A stretch of DNA of 64,000 nucleotides from Candidatus Bruticola sp. (GTDB lineage: Bacteria; Vulcanimicrobiota; Xenobia; Xenobiales; Xenobiaceae). The position numbers were made by a program, and so were the translations under genes. Below, one piece after another: positions 51,448 through 59,958 of the stretch. The stretch spans positions 32,001-96,000 of the forward strand of contig JBJEGD010000004.1 of the NCBI GenBank assembly GCA_051874735.1, read 5' to 3'. The notes beneath the pieces are model-generated. The model was not told the DNA's origin. It searched no databases and was given only the letters and a program-made list of their open reading frames with translations. How positions within the stretch are numbered: the stretch's first letter is position 1; the number at the start of each line of letters is the position of its first letter.

Positions 51448-51675
51448 ATTAAAGCATTGTTCCGACCCTTTTTTATAAAGGCTCTGTAGCTAGGAGCCCA
51501 AGGCTGCTAGGGTATGCCTCCGTTTCAGGCGGGAAGGATGCGACGTTATTTCAAGGGTTTTGTATATTACCGAATGATCGCAAGATCAGTATTGATAATC
51601 TTAAGGTCGGCTTGCTAGTTGAAAAAAAAGTTCTTCTTAGTGGCCTCACCAATGAGATATCTGGAGGAACGAGTT

Positions 51676-51789
51676 ATGAAGGTGAAGCCTTCTGTGCGCG
51701 TACGTTGTGAGAAGTGCCGCGTTATTACGCGCAAAGGACGGGTTAGGATAATCTGCACCAACCCTAAACACAAGCAGGTCCAGGGATAG
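51676..51789 (+). CDS. rpmJ: 50S ribosomal protein L36 (absent from the ORF track)
   Basis: [37 protein letters not shown] following GGAGG. Confidence 0.98.
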   Translation: MKVKPSVRVRCEKCRVITRKGRVRIICTNPKHKQVQG

Positions 51790-51802
51790 GAGGAATCGAT
51801 TC

Positions 51803-52174
51803 GTGGCCAGAATCGCCGGCGTCGATTTGCCAAGAGATAAGGGTATCGGAATTGCTCTTACATATATTTTTGGTATTGGACGCACCACAGCCAATCAAAT
51901 TATTGAAGAAGTGGGTATTGACCCGCTCATGCGCGTTCGTGATGTCTCCGAAGAAGTAGTTGCTCGTCTTCGTGAAATTATCGAACATAAACACAAGGTG
52001 GAGGGTGACCTTCGCCGCGAGATCACTCAGAATATTAAGCGCCTTATGGATATCGGATGCTATCGCGGTATTCGTCATCGTCGCAGTCTTCCGGTACGTG
52101 GTCAGCGCACCAAGACTAATGCTCGCACTCGTAAAGGTCCTAAGCGCACCGTCGGTCGTAGCAAGAAAGCGTAA
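51803..52174 (+). CDS. rpsM: 30S ribosomal protein S13
   Basis: ARIAGVDLP and [17 protein letters not shown]. Confidence 0.99.
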   Translation: MARIAGVDLPRDKGIGIALTYIFGIGRTTANQIIEEVGIDPLMRVRDVSEEVVARLREIIEHKHKVEGDLRREITQNIKRLMDIGCYRGIRHRRSLPVRGQRTKTNARTRKGPKRTVGRSKKA

Positions 52175-52185
52175 GGTATTAGAAC

Positions 52186-52584
52186 ATGGCTAAAAAACAA
52201 AGCCGCGTTCGTGGTCGCGGTAGAAAAGTCCTGAAGAACGTGCCCAGTGGCATAGCCCACATCCAGTCTACGTTTAATAACACGATAGTCACTATTACTG
52301 ATCCAGCTGGAAACGCCTTGTCTTGGTCCACTGCTGGCGCTCACGGTTTTAAGGGTTCCCGCAAGAGCACTCCCTTCGCCGCTAGCGTAGCCGCTGATAA
52401 AGCCGCTCAAATTGCTGTTGAGCATGGCATGCGTTCTGTTAAGGTTCATGTTAAGGGCCCCGGTCAGGGACGTGAAGCTGCTATTCGTGCTCTTCAGTCC
52501 GCCGGTTTGGAAATTACTCTTATGCGCGATGTAACCCCCATTCCGCATAATGGTTGCCGCCCCCCGAAACGTCGCAGAGTATAG
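52186..52584 (+). CDS. rpsK: 30S ribosomal protein S11
   Basis: [12 protein letters not shown] and [18 protein letters not shown]. Confidence 0.99.
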   Translation: MAKKQSRVRGRGRKVLKNVPSGIAHIQSTFNNTIVTITDPAGNALSWSTAGAHGFKGSRKSTPFAASVAADKAAQIAVEHGMRSVKVHVKGPGQGREAAIRALQSAGLEITLMRDVTPIPHNGCRPPKRRRV

Positions 52585-52656
52585 TATTTTTCATAAAAGA
52601 TTGTGCGATTATATAGCAGAGTTCTATAATCGCTCCCATTTTTGGAGGAAATATTC

Positions 52657-53292
52657 GTGTCCAGGTATACCGGGCCGGTTTGTAAGTTGTGCCGGCGTGA
52701 ACAGACTAAGCTGTTCTTAAAAGGGGAGAGATGCCTTACTCCTCATTGCGCGTTTGAACGTCGCCCTTCCCCTCCGGGACAGCACGGTTCTAACGTCCGT
52801 CGTCGCGCCACTGGATTTAGTGTCCAGCTGCGGGAAAAACAGAAGCTGCGTCGCATTTACGGCGTGACTGAGCGCGTTTTCAGAAATTATTTCTCCAAGG
52901 CTTCCAGGCAGGAAGGTATCACTGGTGACAACTTCCTGCGTATTTTGGAACGCCGCCTTGACAGTGTCGTCTATCGCCTTGGATTTACTACTTCCCGCCC
53001 TGCTGCTCGTCAGTTAGTTGCTCATGGTAACATTATCGTTGATGGCCGCAAGGTTGATATCCCTTCGTTCTTAGTAAAACCCGGAATGGTTATCGAACTT
53101 CGTGAGAAGATTGCCAATAAGGAATTAAACCAGCAGTCTATAGCTTCCGCTCGAGTTCGTAAAGTGCCCGCTTGGTTAGAATTAGACGAGAGCAAAGCTC
53201 AGGGTAGGGTTCTCAGCTTACCTGCCAGAGCTGATATCCCGCTCGATATCAAAGAGAACGTTATCGTCGAGTTCTACAACCGCATGGGTTAG
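52657..53292 (+). CDS. rpsD: 30S ribosomal protein S4
   Basis: RYTGPVCKLCRRE, LERRLD and ARQLVAHG; GTG follows GGAGG. Confidence 0.99.
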   Translation: MSRYTGPVCKLCRREQTKLFLKGERCLTPHCAFERRPSPPGQHGSNVRRRATGFSVQLREKQKLRRIYGVTERVFRNYFSKASRQEGITGDNFLRILERRLDSVVYRLGFTTSRPAARQLVAHGNIIVDGRKVDIPSFLVKPGMVIELREKIANKELNQQSIASARVRKVPAWLELDESKAQGRVLSLPARADIPLDIKENVIVEFYNRMG

Positions 53293-53391
53293 TAGCAACT
53301 ATTGCGAGAGCGCGTTTTCTCAGGCGGCTTAGCCGGGGAAAAGCGCTCTTTAAGTACTACAGAATAGAGCAACTTGATTCGAGGTGTACTG

Positions 53392-54357
53392 ATGCTGGAC
53401 ACAAACATGATGGACGCCGTAGATGAGCGCAATCCTGAAGCGGAAGTCCGCCAAGTAGGCGAAAACTGCTTTATTGTGGAACCTTTAGAGCGTGGTTATG
53501 GTATTACGCTCGGTAATTCTCTGCGCCGCGTCTTACTTTCTTCGCTGATGGGTGCTGCTGTTACCCATATTCACATCGAAGGAGTGCTTCACGAGTTCTC
53601 TACAATTCCTGGTGTAAAAGAAGATACTACCGAGATTATTCTTAACCTCAAAAAACTTCGCTTGCGTATAACTGGCGGAGAGGAAAAAGTTCTTCGTATT
53701 GAGGCTTCTGGTATCGGTGAGCTTACTGCCGCTGATATCATTGCTGATCCGGAAGTAGAAATTCTCAATCCTGAGCTCAGGATAGCCACATTAACCGACG
53801 AGAATTCTCGTTTGGTTATGGAGATGTCTGCGTCTTTAGGCACCGGTTATGTTCCTGCTGAGAAGCAGTTCCGTCAGGAACAGCAGAGTATAGGTACTAT
53901 TCCTATCGACTCGATATTCAGCCCTGTGGTTAGAGTGAACTATGAAGTTCAGGATACTCGTGTGGGACAGAGAACTGACTATGACCGTTTAGTTTTGGAA
54001 GTTGAAACTGATGGCAGTATTAAGCCCTGTGAAGCTGTAGCTAACGCTGCTGTTATGCTACAGGAGAGACTCAGTCTCTTTACTCGCCTTCAAGATCACA
54101 GTGAAGGTATAGTTGAGCAGGAACAAGCTCCTACTGGTAAAGATGGTATCTTCATTGAGGAGCTTGAACTGTCGGTTCGTTCTCTCAACTGTCTTAAGAG
54201 AGCGGGTATCGTTTATCTTAGCGACCTCCTCAATTACAGTGAGACTCAGCTGATGAAGCTGAAAAATTTCGGTCAGAAGTCGCTTGACGAAATTGAAGCT
54301 AAGCTCAGTGAGCGCGGCTTATCGTTGCGTCCGAGTACTCCTGAGGGGTTCAATTAA
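53392..54357 (+). CDS. rpoA: RNA polymerase alpha subunit
   Basis: [21 protein letters not shown] and [12 protein letters not shown]. Confidence 0.99.
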   Translation: MLDTNMMDAVDERNPEAEVRQVGENCFIVEPLERGYGITLGNSLRRVLLSSLMGAAVTHIHIEGVLHEFSTIPGVKEDTTEIILNLKKLRLRITGGEEKVLRIEASGIGELTAADIIADPEVEILNPELRIATLTDENSRLVMEMSASLGTGYVPAEKQFRQEQQSIGTIPIDSIFSPVVRVNYEVQDTRVGQRTDYDRLVLEVETDGSIKPCEAVANAAVMLQERLSLFTRLQDHSEGIVEQEQAPTGKDGIFIEELELSVRSLNCLKRAGIVYLSDLLNYSETQLMKLKNFGQKSLDEIEAKLSERGLSLRPSTPEGFN

Positions 54358-54439
54358 GAGAGCTCTCGTTTTTTAGTCCCTTCGAGGCTTGGAACTTATT
54401 TTATTAAGAGTTTTTGTTTGATATTAGGAGTTTATTCCA

Positions 54440-54832
54440 ATGAGGCACAAAGTTCGCAGTCGGACTTTAGGACGTCAGACTGGTCATCGTTTTGCGATGT
54501 TGAGAAATTTGGCTACTTCTTTGCTCAGACACGAGCAGATTACTACGACAGTCACTCGCGCCAGAGAAGTTGCCCGCTTTACTGATCAGCTCATTTCTTG
54601 GGCTCGTAGAGCTAATAGCGCTACTGAACCTGCTGAGAGTTTGGCTTATAAGCGTCGCGTTTTTCGTCAGATTTCCGATCGTGAGGTCGCTCAGGATCTT
54701 TTTGTGAATATTGCTCAGCGCTTCAACGATAGACACGGTGAGAATAAGTGCGGTGGTTACACTCGCGTTATTCATAACGGTTTCCGCAAAGGTGACGGTG
54801 CTCCCATGGCCGTTATCGAGTTGGTTCACTAA
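54440..54832 (+). CDS. rplQ: 50S ribosomal protein L17
   Basis: MRHK..LGR, GGYTRV and GDGAPMA. Confidence 0.98.
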   Translation: MRHKVRSRTLGRQTGHRFAMLRNLATSLLRHEQITTTVTRAREVARFTDQLISWARRANSATEPAESLAYKRRVFRQISDREVAQDLFVNIAQRFNDRHGENKCGGYTRVIHNGFRKGDGAPMAVIELVH

Positions 54833-54849
54833 TTTTAGCGCCTATAGAA

Positions 54850-54885
54850 GCCCCATCTCTTTTCAGAGTTGGGGCGTTTTTTTTT
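54850..54885 (+). terminator. Terminator at the end of the alpha operon
   Basis: GCCCCA.CTC / GAG.TGGGGC plus T run. Confidence 0.8.
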
Positions 54886-54913
54886 GCAGTTAAGCAGAAA
54901 GTTTGCCCAAAAT

Positions 54914-55780
54914 ATGATAGTACTAAAAGACATTCACTTCTCTTATCCTAGTCCTAATAGCACTAGTGTTTCGGAACACGCCTCAGATGCTTCTGTTGAG
55001 GAAATTATAAAAGGAATCAGTTTTTCTATTAAACCTGGTGAGTTTGTTTGTCTTTTAGGAGCTAATGGTTCGGGTAAGACAACCTTAGGAAAAATAATAA
55101 ATGGTTTGCTCATTCCCGTAAGCGGTTCTGTAGCTGTTGATGGTCATAAAACGGACGATGAAGAAGATGTTTACAGTGTGCGCCGTTTGGTCGGCATGGT
55201 TTTTCAAGATCCTACTCGTCAGTTAGTGGCTTCAACTATTGAAGATGAATTGGCCTTCGGTCCGGAAAATTTAGGAGTTCCCCCAGCTGAAATTAGAGAA
55301 CGTATCGATTGGGCGTTGCATATTCTCAATTTAGAAAATATTCGTCAGTGCGAACCCCATTATCTGTCAGGCGGGCAGACTCAGCGAGTAGCTATCGCTA
55401 GTGTATTAGTTATGCATCCGCGTTATATTATTATGGATGAACCGACAGCTATGCTCGATCCGGCTGGAAGACGCAGTGTACTCGAAGCTGTTTCTATGCT
55501 GCGTGAATCGTTAGGTATGGCCGTAATTTATATTACTCATCATATGGAAGAAGTTCTTCACTGCCAACGAGTTTTAGCTGTAAAAGACGGGCTTTTAGCT
55601 TTTGATGGCTCTCCTTTAGAACTTTTTGCTAATCGTCAAATAGTCCAGGAACTTTCTTTAGAACTTCCGTCTCTGATAGAATTAATTAACGCTTTGAATG
55701 ACTTAGGGTACAATTTGCCGATGAACTTCTCCTGGCAGCAGACTGCTGAGTATATTGCGGCTAAGTTAAAGCATCAGTAA
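54914..55780 (+). CDS. ecfA1: ECF transporter ATPase A1
   Basis: GANGSGKT, VFQDP, LSGGQ, DEPTAMLDP; directly follows rplQ. Confidence 0.92.
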   Translation: MIVLKDIHFSYPSPNSTSVSEHASDASVEEIIKGISFSIKPGEFVCLLGANGSGKTTLGKIINGLLIPVSGSVAVDGHKTDDEEDVYSVRRLVGMVFQDPTRQLVASTIEDELAFGPENLGVPPAEIRERIDWALHILNLENIRQCEPHYLSGGQTQRVAIASVLVMHPRYIIMDEPTAMLDPAGRRSVLEAVSMLRESLGMAVIYITHHMEEVLHCQRVLAVKDGLLAFDGSPLELFANRQIVQELSLELPSLIELINALNDLGYNLPMNFSWQQTAEYIAAKLKHQ

Positions 55781-55925
55781 GTATTTTTTTTATAAGTTGT
55801 ACAGCTTTTGTTCTGTAGCTAGGATTGTTACTTTGCTTTACAGAAAAACAGGGTGTTGTTTCATTGATACAAACTCGAACTTGCTGCGTTTTTTTGTTTT
55901 CTGTTTTAATAAAGGTTAGAATTTT

Positions 55926-57122
55926 ATGCGCGTTGCCTTAGATGTAAGACCATTGCAGGTCGGAACGAAATACAGGGGTACAGGTACTTATATAAGGGAG
56001 TTGCTGGAGCAGTATTTAAAGCGTCGCCGTGAAGTTGCGCTTATGGCTTGGCCTGAAGATCCTATAAGTCTGGAGCAGGGGGTGCTCAATTCTTGTGAGA
56101 TAATAAAAGTTCCTAAGAACAGTTCGCTACCGGTGTTTAAAAATTTTGGCTACAAACGCGACGGATTAAAAAATGCAGCTGTTTATCTTGAAGTAGCTAA
56201 GAAAGTAGATCTGCTTCATTTTACAGATCCTCAAGATCTGCGCTTTGGATTCCCTTGGGAGGATATTGGAGTTCCGCGCATTCTTACGGTTCATAACTTA
56301 ATGTCCGTCACTCATAGTGAACTTTTCTTTAATCGCGATTTTATAAAAATGAATCTTCTCAAATTTATTTATCGTGATTATGTTCAGAAATACAGCCAGA
56401 GCGACGCCATTTTAACCGACTCCCAATTTACTGAACATACTCTTCACAATGTTGTGAAAGAGCGGCTTCCTGTAACGAAAACTATCATGTTGGGTATATC
56501 TGATCGCTATGTGCTACCTTATGTAAGTCAGGTTGATGAGTATCGTTTACAGAGGAAGCTTCCTGCTCGTTTTATTCTGCATGTTGGGGCCTTAACTAGC
56601 AATAAGAATGTAGAAGCTTTACTTCAGTCTACGGCGCCCGTTTGCAATTGGCCGTTTGTTTTTGCGGGGCCTTACTCTGAAGAAGAAAAAGAGTATTTTA
56701 CTTCTAAGTATCCTCAGCAGAAAATTTTCTGGTTAGGTTATGTAGATCGTGAAGAGTTGCCGATGCTTTACGCTGCTGCCAGTTTGATGGCCTTTCCGTC
56801 TTTAATAGAGGGATTTGGCTTACCTATTTTAGAGGCTATGGCTGTTGGTACGCCAGTGATTTGTTCTAATACTTCCAGTATGGTAGAGGTGGCTGGAAGT
56901 GCTGCTATTACTTTTAATCCTCAAAAATTTGACGAAATTCGCAATGCTATATATATGGTTATGAACGATGAAAATCTGCGCATGCAGATGCGCACGAGAG
57001 GTTTAGAACGAGCTCAACATTTATCATGGAGAAGAACGGCCGATACTACTTGGATGTTTTATGAAGGAATTGTTGAGGAGTACCAACGACGCCGCAAAAA
57101 ACGTGCTATGTCAGGCGTATAA
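55926..57122 (+). CDS. Glycosyltransferase family 4 (GT-B)
   Basis: FPSLIEGFGLPILEAMAVGTPVI. Confidence 0.92.
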   Translation: MRVALDVRPLQVGTKYRGTGTYIRELLEQYLKRRREVALMAWPEDPISLEQGVLNSCEIIKVPKNSSLPVFKNFGYKRDGLKNAAVYLEVAKKVDLLHFTDPQDLRFGFPWEDIGVPRILTVHNLMSVTHSELFFNRDFIKMNLLKFIYRDYVQKYSQSDAILTDSQFTEHTLHNVVKERLPVTKTIMLGISDRYVLPYVSQVDEYRLQRKLPARFILHVGALTSNKNVEALLQSTAPVCNWPFVFAGPYSEEEKEYFTSKYPQQKIFWLGYVDREELPMLYAAASLMAFPSLIEGFGLPILEAMAVGTPVICSNTSSMVEVAGSAAITFNPQKFDEIRNAIYMVMNDENLRMQMRTRGLERAQHLSWRRTADTTWMFYEGIVEEYQRRRKKRAMSGV

Positions 57123-57150
57123 ATGAGTCAATAGGCTAAAATCAGTTGCC

Positions 57151-58014
57151 ATGGAGCCGATTATTCAGTTAGAAAACGTTAGCTTTACTTATATGGATGG
57201 TACTCCTTTTGCCAAAAAGGCACTCTCTGGGGTGTCTTTATCCATTTTTGCAGGAGAGGCTGTTGGCATAGTTGGAGCTACAGGGAGCGGAAAATCTACT
57301 TTAATTCAGCATTTTAATGGTTTATTGCGGGCTGAATCAGGAATTGTAAAAATCAAAGGGGTAAATATAGATCGTGGAGTAAGCGGAGCGAATTTGGCCT
57401 CAGTTCGGTTTTCGGTGGGGCTGCTCTTTCAGTTCCCTGAGCAGCAGCTGTTTGAAGAGACTGTTTTCGCCGACGTCTCTTTTGGCCCGCGCAATATGGG
57501 ACTGGCTGAATCTGAAATTGAAGAGCGAGCTGAGGAAGCAATTAAGCTAGTCGGTTTAGATTATATAGACTATAGGCACATTTCGCCTTTTTTGCTCTCA
57601 GGAGGAGAAAAGCGCCGAGCCGCTTTAGCAGGAATTTTATCTATGCGTCCGGACTGTCTAGTGTTGGATGAACCCACAGCTGGCCTAGATCCCAGAGGTA
57701 CAGAAGAAATTCTGTCACTCCTCAATAAGTTAAAGCGGAGAGGAAACACTATTATTATGGTATCTCACCGCTTTTCTGAACTAGCTCAAATCTGTGATCG
57801 GTTGGTAGTTATGGGCAGTGGTAAAGTGTTGGCTGACGGCCCTCTTTCTAAAGTTCTTTATTCTGAACGTTCTTTACGGGAAGCTAAATTAGAAGCTCCC
57901 GATATATGCAGAATATGTGCCTATCTGCAGCTTGGAGTTTCTGAAGGTGAATATCCTGTTTCAGTTGAGGAGGCAGTTAAATTTATAGAAAGACTGCGTT
58001 ACTCCGGGATTTAG
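57151..58014 (+). CDS. ecfA2: ECF transporter ATPase A2
   Basis: YMDGTPF, GATGSGKST, FQFPEQQLFEETV and LSGGEKRR. Confidence 0.93.
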   Translation: MEPIIQLENVSFTYMDGTPFAKKALSGVSLSIFAGEAVGIVGATGSGKSTLIQHFNGLLRAESGIVKIKGVNIDRGVSGANLASVRFSVGLLFQFPEQQLFEETVFADVSFGPRNMGLAESEIEERAEEAIKLVGLDYIDYRHISPFLLSGGEKRRAALAGILSMRPDCLVLDEPTAGLDPRGTEEILSLLNKLKRRGNTIIMVSHRFSELAQICDRLVVMGSGKVLADGPLSKVLYSERSLREAKLEAPDICRICAYLQLGVSEGEYPVSVEEAVKFIERLRYSGI

Positions 58015-58252
58015 TTTTTTTGATACTTGCAGAGAATAATCCGCTTGCGCGTTATTTCGCTATTTTTTTGGCTTTTATTAAAAAATAATGAACATTTTTA
58101 TAATCTGTACTAAATATTAGGTATTATTTGCGCATATTTTTATTTTTAACTATTAACTTTTTGATAGTATTGCGTTATAAAACCTGTGTACAAAGTATAT
58201 AACTGTTTTCATACTTCTTAAGTAAGATGAAAAATGGAGGAATAACATTTCT

Positions 58253-58720
58253 ATGAATAGCATTGTCGATTATAACAATCAGATGTGCGCTCAGTGGGGA
58301 GCTGCCCCAATAGAGGCACCTAAAGTTAATACTACTGCTGGTAAAACCGTTGGTGCCGCTGTAGGTGCTGCTGTCGGTTCTGTTGGTGGTCCTGTTGGTG
58401 CCGTCGTAGGCGGTGCTATCGGTTCTGTAGTCGGTGGCGGCGTGCAAAAAGTGTTCTCGAGCCAGCTCGGAGGTACTATTGGCGGTACTGCAGTCGGCGG
58501 TGTGGCCGGTTCTGTTATAGGCGGTGTGCTTGGTGGCCCTGTAGGCAGCATGATCGGTTCCAAGATCGGTGGCGCTATCGGTGGTTTGCTTGGGCGTGCT
58601 ATCGGCGGACATTCTGAGCAGAAGAGAGTTAACGAGTTCAGTCAGCAGCTTATGATGCAATATCAGCAGGCCGGCACCAATATGGCTAATTACTATATGA
58701 ATGGTGGTTTAGGCCTATAA
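58253..58720 (+). CDS. Glycine-zipper protein 1
   Basis: Long GxxxG arrays (VGGPVGAVVGGAIG); GGAGG ribosome-binding site and own terminator. Confidence 0.75.
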   Translation: MNSIVDYNNQMCAQWGAAPIEAPKVNTTAGKTVGAAVGAAVGSVGGPVGAVVGGAIGSVVGGGVQKVFSSQLGGTIGGTAVGGVAGSVIGGVLGGPVGSMIGSKIGGAIGGLLGRAIGGHSEQKRVNEFSQQLMMQYQQAGTNMANYYMNGGLGL

Positions 58721-58742
58721 GGTTTCCTAGCTTAGGCTATGT

Positions 58743-58777
58743 AAGAGTGCCTCCTTTTGTACTGAGGGGGCTTTTTT
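58743..58777 (+). terminator. Terminator after glycine-zipper gene 1
   Basis: GCCTCCTT / GAGGGGGC stem with G-U pairs plus T run. Confidence 0.6.
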
Positions 58778-58815
58778 ATTTGTTTTTCTTTTGGAAGTAA
58801 AAATCTAAATTTGTA

Positions 58816-58842
58816 TTTACTTCCCGTAAAAATGTGTGATAA
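58816..58842 (+). promoter_or_regulatory. Putative promoter motif TTTACTT-N10-TGTGTGATAA, copy 1
   Basis: Identical boxes and spacing recur at 59856-59882. Confidence 0.55.
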
Positions 58843-58920
58843 AAAAGTAGGTCAAAAATTAAATAGTAATTTAGCAACTTTTAACAGTATTGGGTTGCTG
58901 AGTATTGGAGGTTTTCGAAT

Positions 58921-59763
58921 ATGTCTAATGCGTTAAGTATTGCAGGATCTATGGCTCCTATGACTATGCAGGTAAGTGATCTTAATACGGCTCGATCCAT
59001 GTATGCCATGATCGAAGAACAGCAGAAGAGTCAAGAGCAAAAATCTATTCTCGGTAAAATCGCTGGTGGTCTTGTTGGAGGCCTCTTAGGCGCTGTTGGC
59101 GGTCCTGCTGGTATGGTGGTAGGAGCTGGTTTAGGTGTAGCTGCTGCTAGTGGTGCTGAGCAAGTGTTCTCTACCGAAAAGGGCGGCAATGTCGGTGGCG
59201 CTGTTGTTGGCGGTTTAGTCGGCAGCGCTTTCGGACCTATCGGCACTTTGGCTGGTGGTGCTATTGGCACCTTAATCGGCGGCAAAATTGGCGAAAAGAA
59301 TGAACAGCAGAATGCTCTTGCCAATTATGGTTATATGTCTATGATGTATCCTTCCATGATGGGAGGCAATTTGGGCGTTGGATTAGGGTTGAGTGGCATT
59401 GGCATGGGCAGCGGCATGCTTGCGGGCATCGGCACCAATAATATGTACAATTACAGCAATAATGGCTACAATTTCTCAACTTCGTTGGGCAATATGAACG
59501 GTATGAATAGCATGTACGGCATGTATGGTATGAACGGCATGTCTGGTATGTCCGGTATGTCCGGTTTCTCTAGTGCGGCCGGTGTGGCGACCATGGCTTC
59601 TGCTCAGTTTCAGAATATGCAGGCAGCTTCTAGTATGATGGCCAATTATCTGAACACTTATGGCTCCGATTTGAGCAGTGTTATTAACATGTACGGCGGT
59701 ACCGATAGTTTAATGCAGTCTTTTAATACCAGTTACATGAATTCTATGAATAATATAAAGTAG
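58921..59763 (+). CDS. Glycine-zipper protein 2 with an M/G/N/S-rich tail
   Basis: Shares the GAExVFSTEKGGxVGG core with gene 3; GGAGG ribosome-binding site. Confidence 0.75.
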   Translation: MSNALSIAGSMAPMTMQVSDLNTARSMYAMIEEQQKSQEQKSILGKIAGGLVGGLLGAVGGPAGMVVGAGLGVAAASGAEQVFSTEKGGNVGGAVVGGLVGSAFGPIGTLAGGAIGTLIGGKIGEKNEQQNALANYGYMSMMYPSMMGGNLGVGLGLSGIGMGSGMLAGIGTNNMYNYSNNGYNFSTSLGNMNGMNSMYGMYGMNGMSGMSGMSGFSSAAGVATMASAQFQNMQAASSMMANYLNTYGSDLSSVINMYGGTDSLMQSFNTSYMNSMNNIK

Positions 59764-59790
59764 TAGCTTGTGAAATAATAATATTGGGCT

Positions 59791-59831
59791 AAAAAAGCCT
59801 CTGCCAGAAGTACTGGGCAGAGGCTCTTTTT
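59791..59831 (+). terminator. Terminator after glycine-zipper gene 2
   Basis: AGCCTCTGCC / GGCAGAGGCT plus Ts. Confidence 0.75.
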
Positions 59832-59855
59832 ATGTTATTTTAACTAAAAGCAGTC

Positions 59856-59882
59856 TTTACTTTTGTCTTAACTGTGTGATAA
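59856..59882 (+). promoter_or_regulatory. Putative promoter motif TTTACTT-N10-TGTGTGATAA, copy 2
   Basis: Matches 58816-58842. Confidence 0.55.
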
Positions 59883-59958
59883 GAGAATCAGATAAAAATA
59901 CAATAAAGATTCGGCCATTGCTAATTTTAATACTGATGCCGAATACAGGAGGTTTATA

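Noticed and set aside
51514-51618. 34-codon ORF MPPFQAGRMRRYF.. as a relic of the KOW/L14e-like gene often found after map
   Set aside because: Similarity covers only a few residues, there is no well-placed ribosome-binding site, and a structured leader explains the region better
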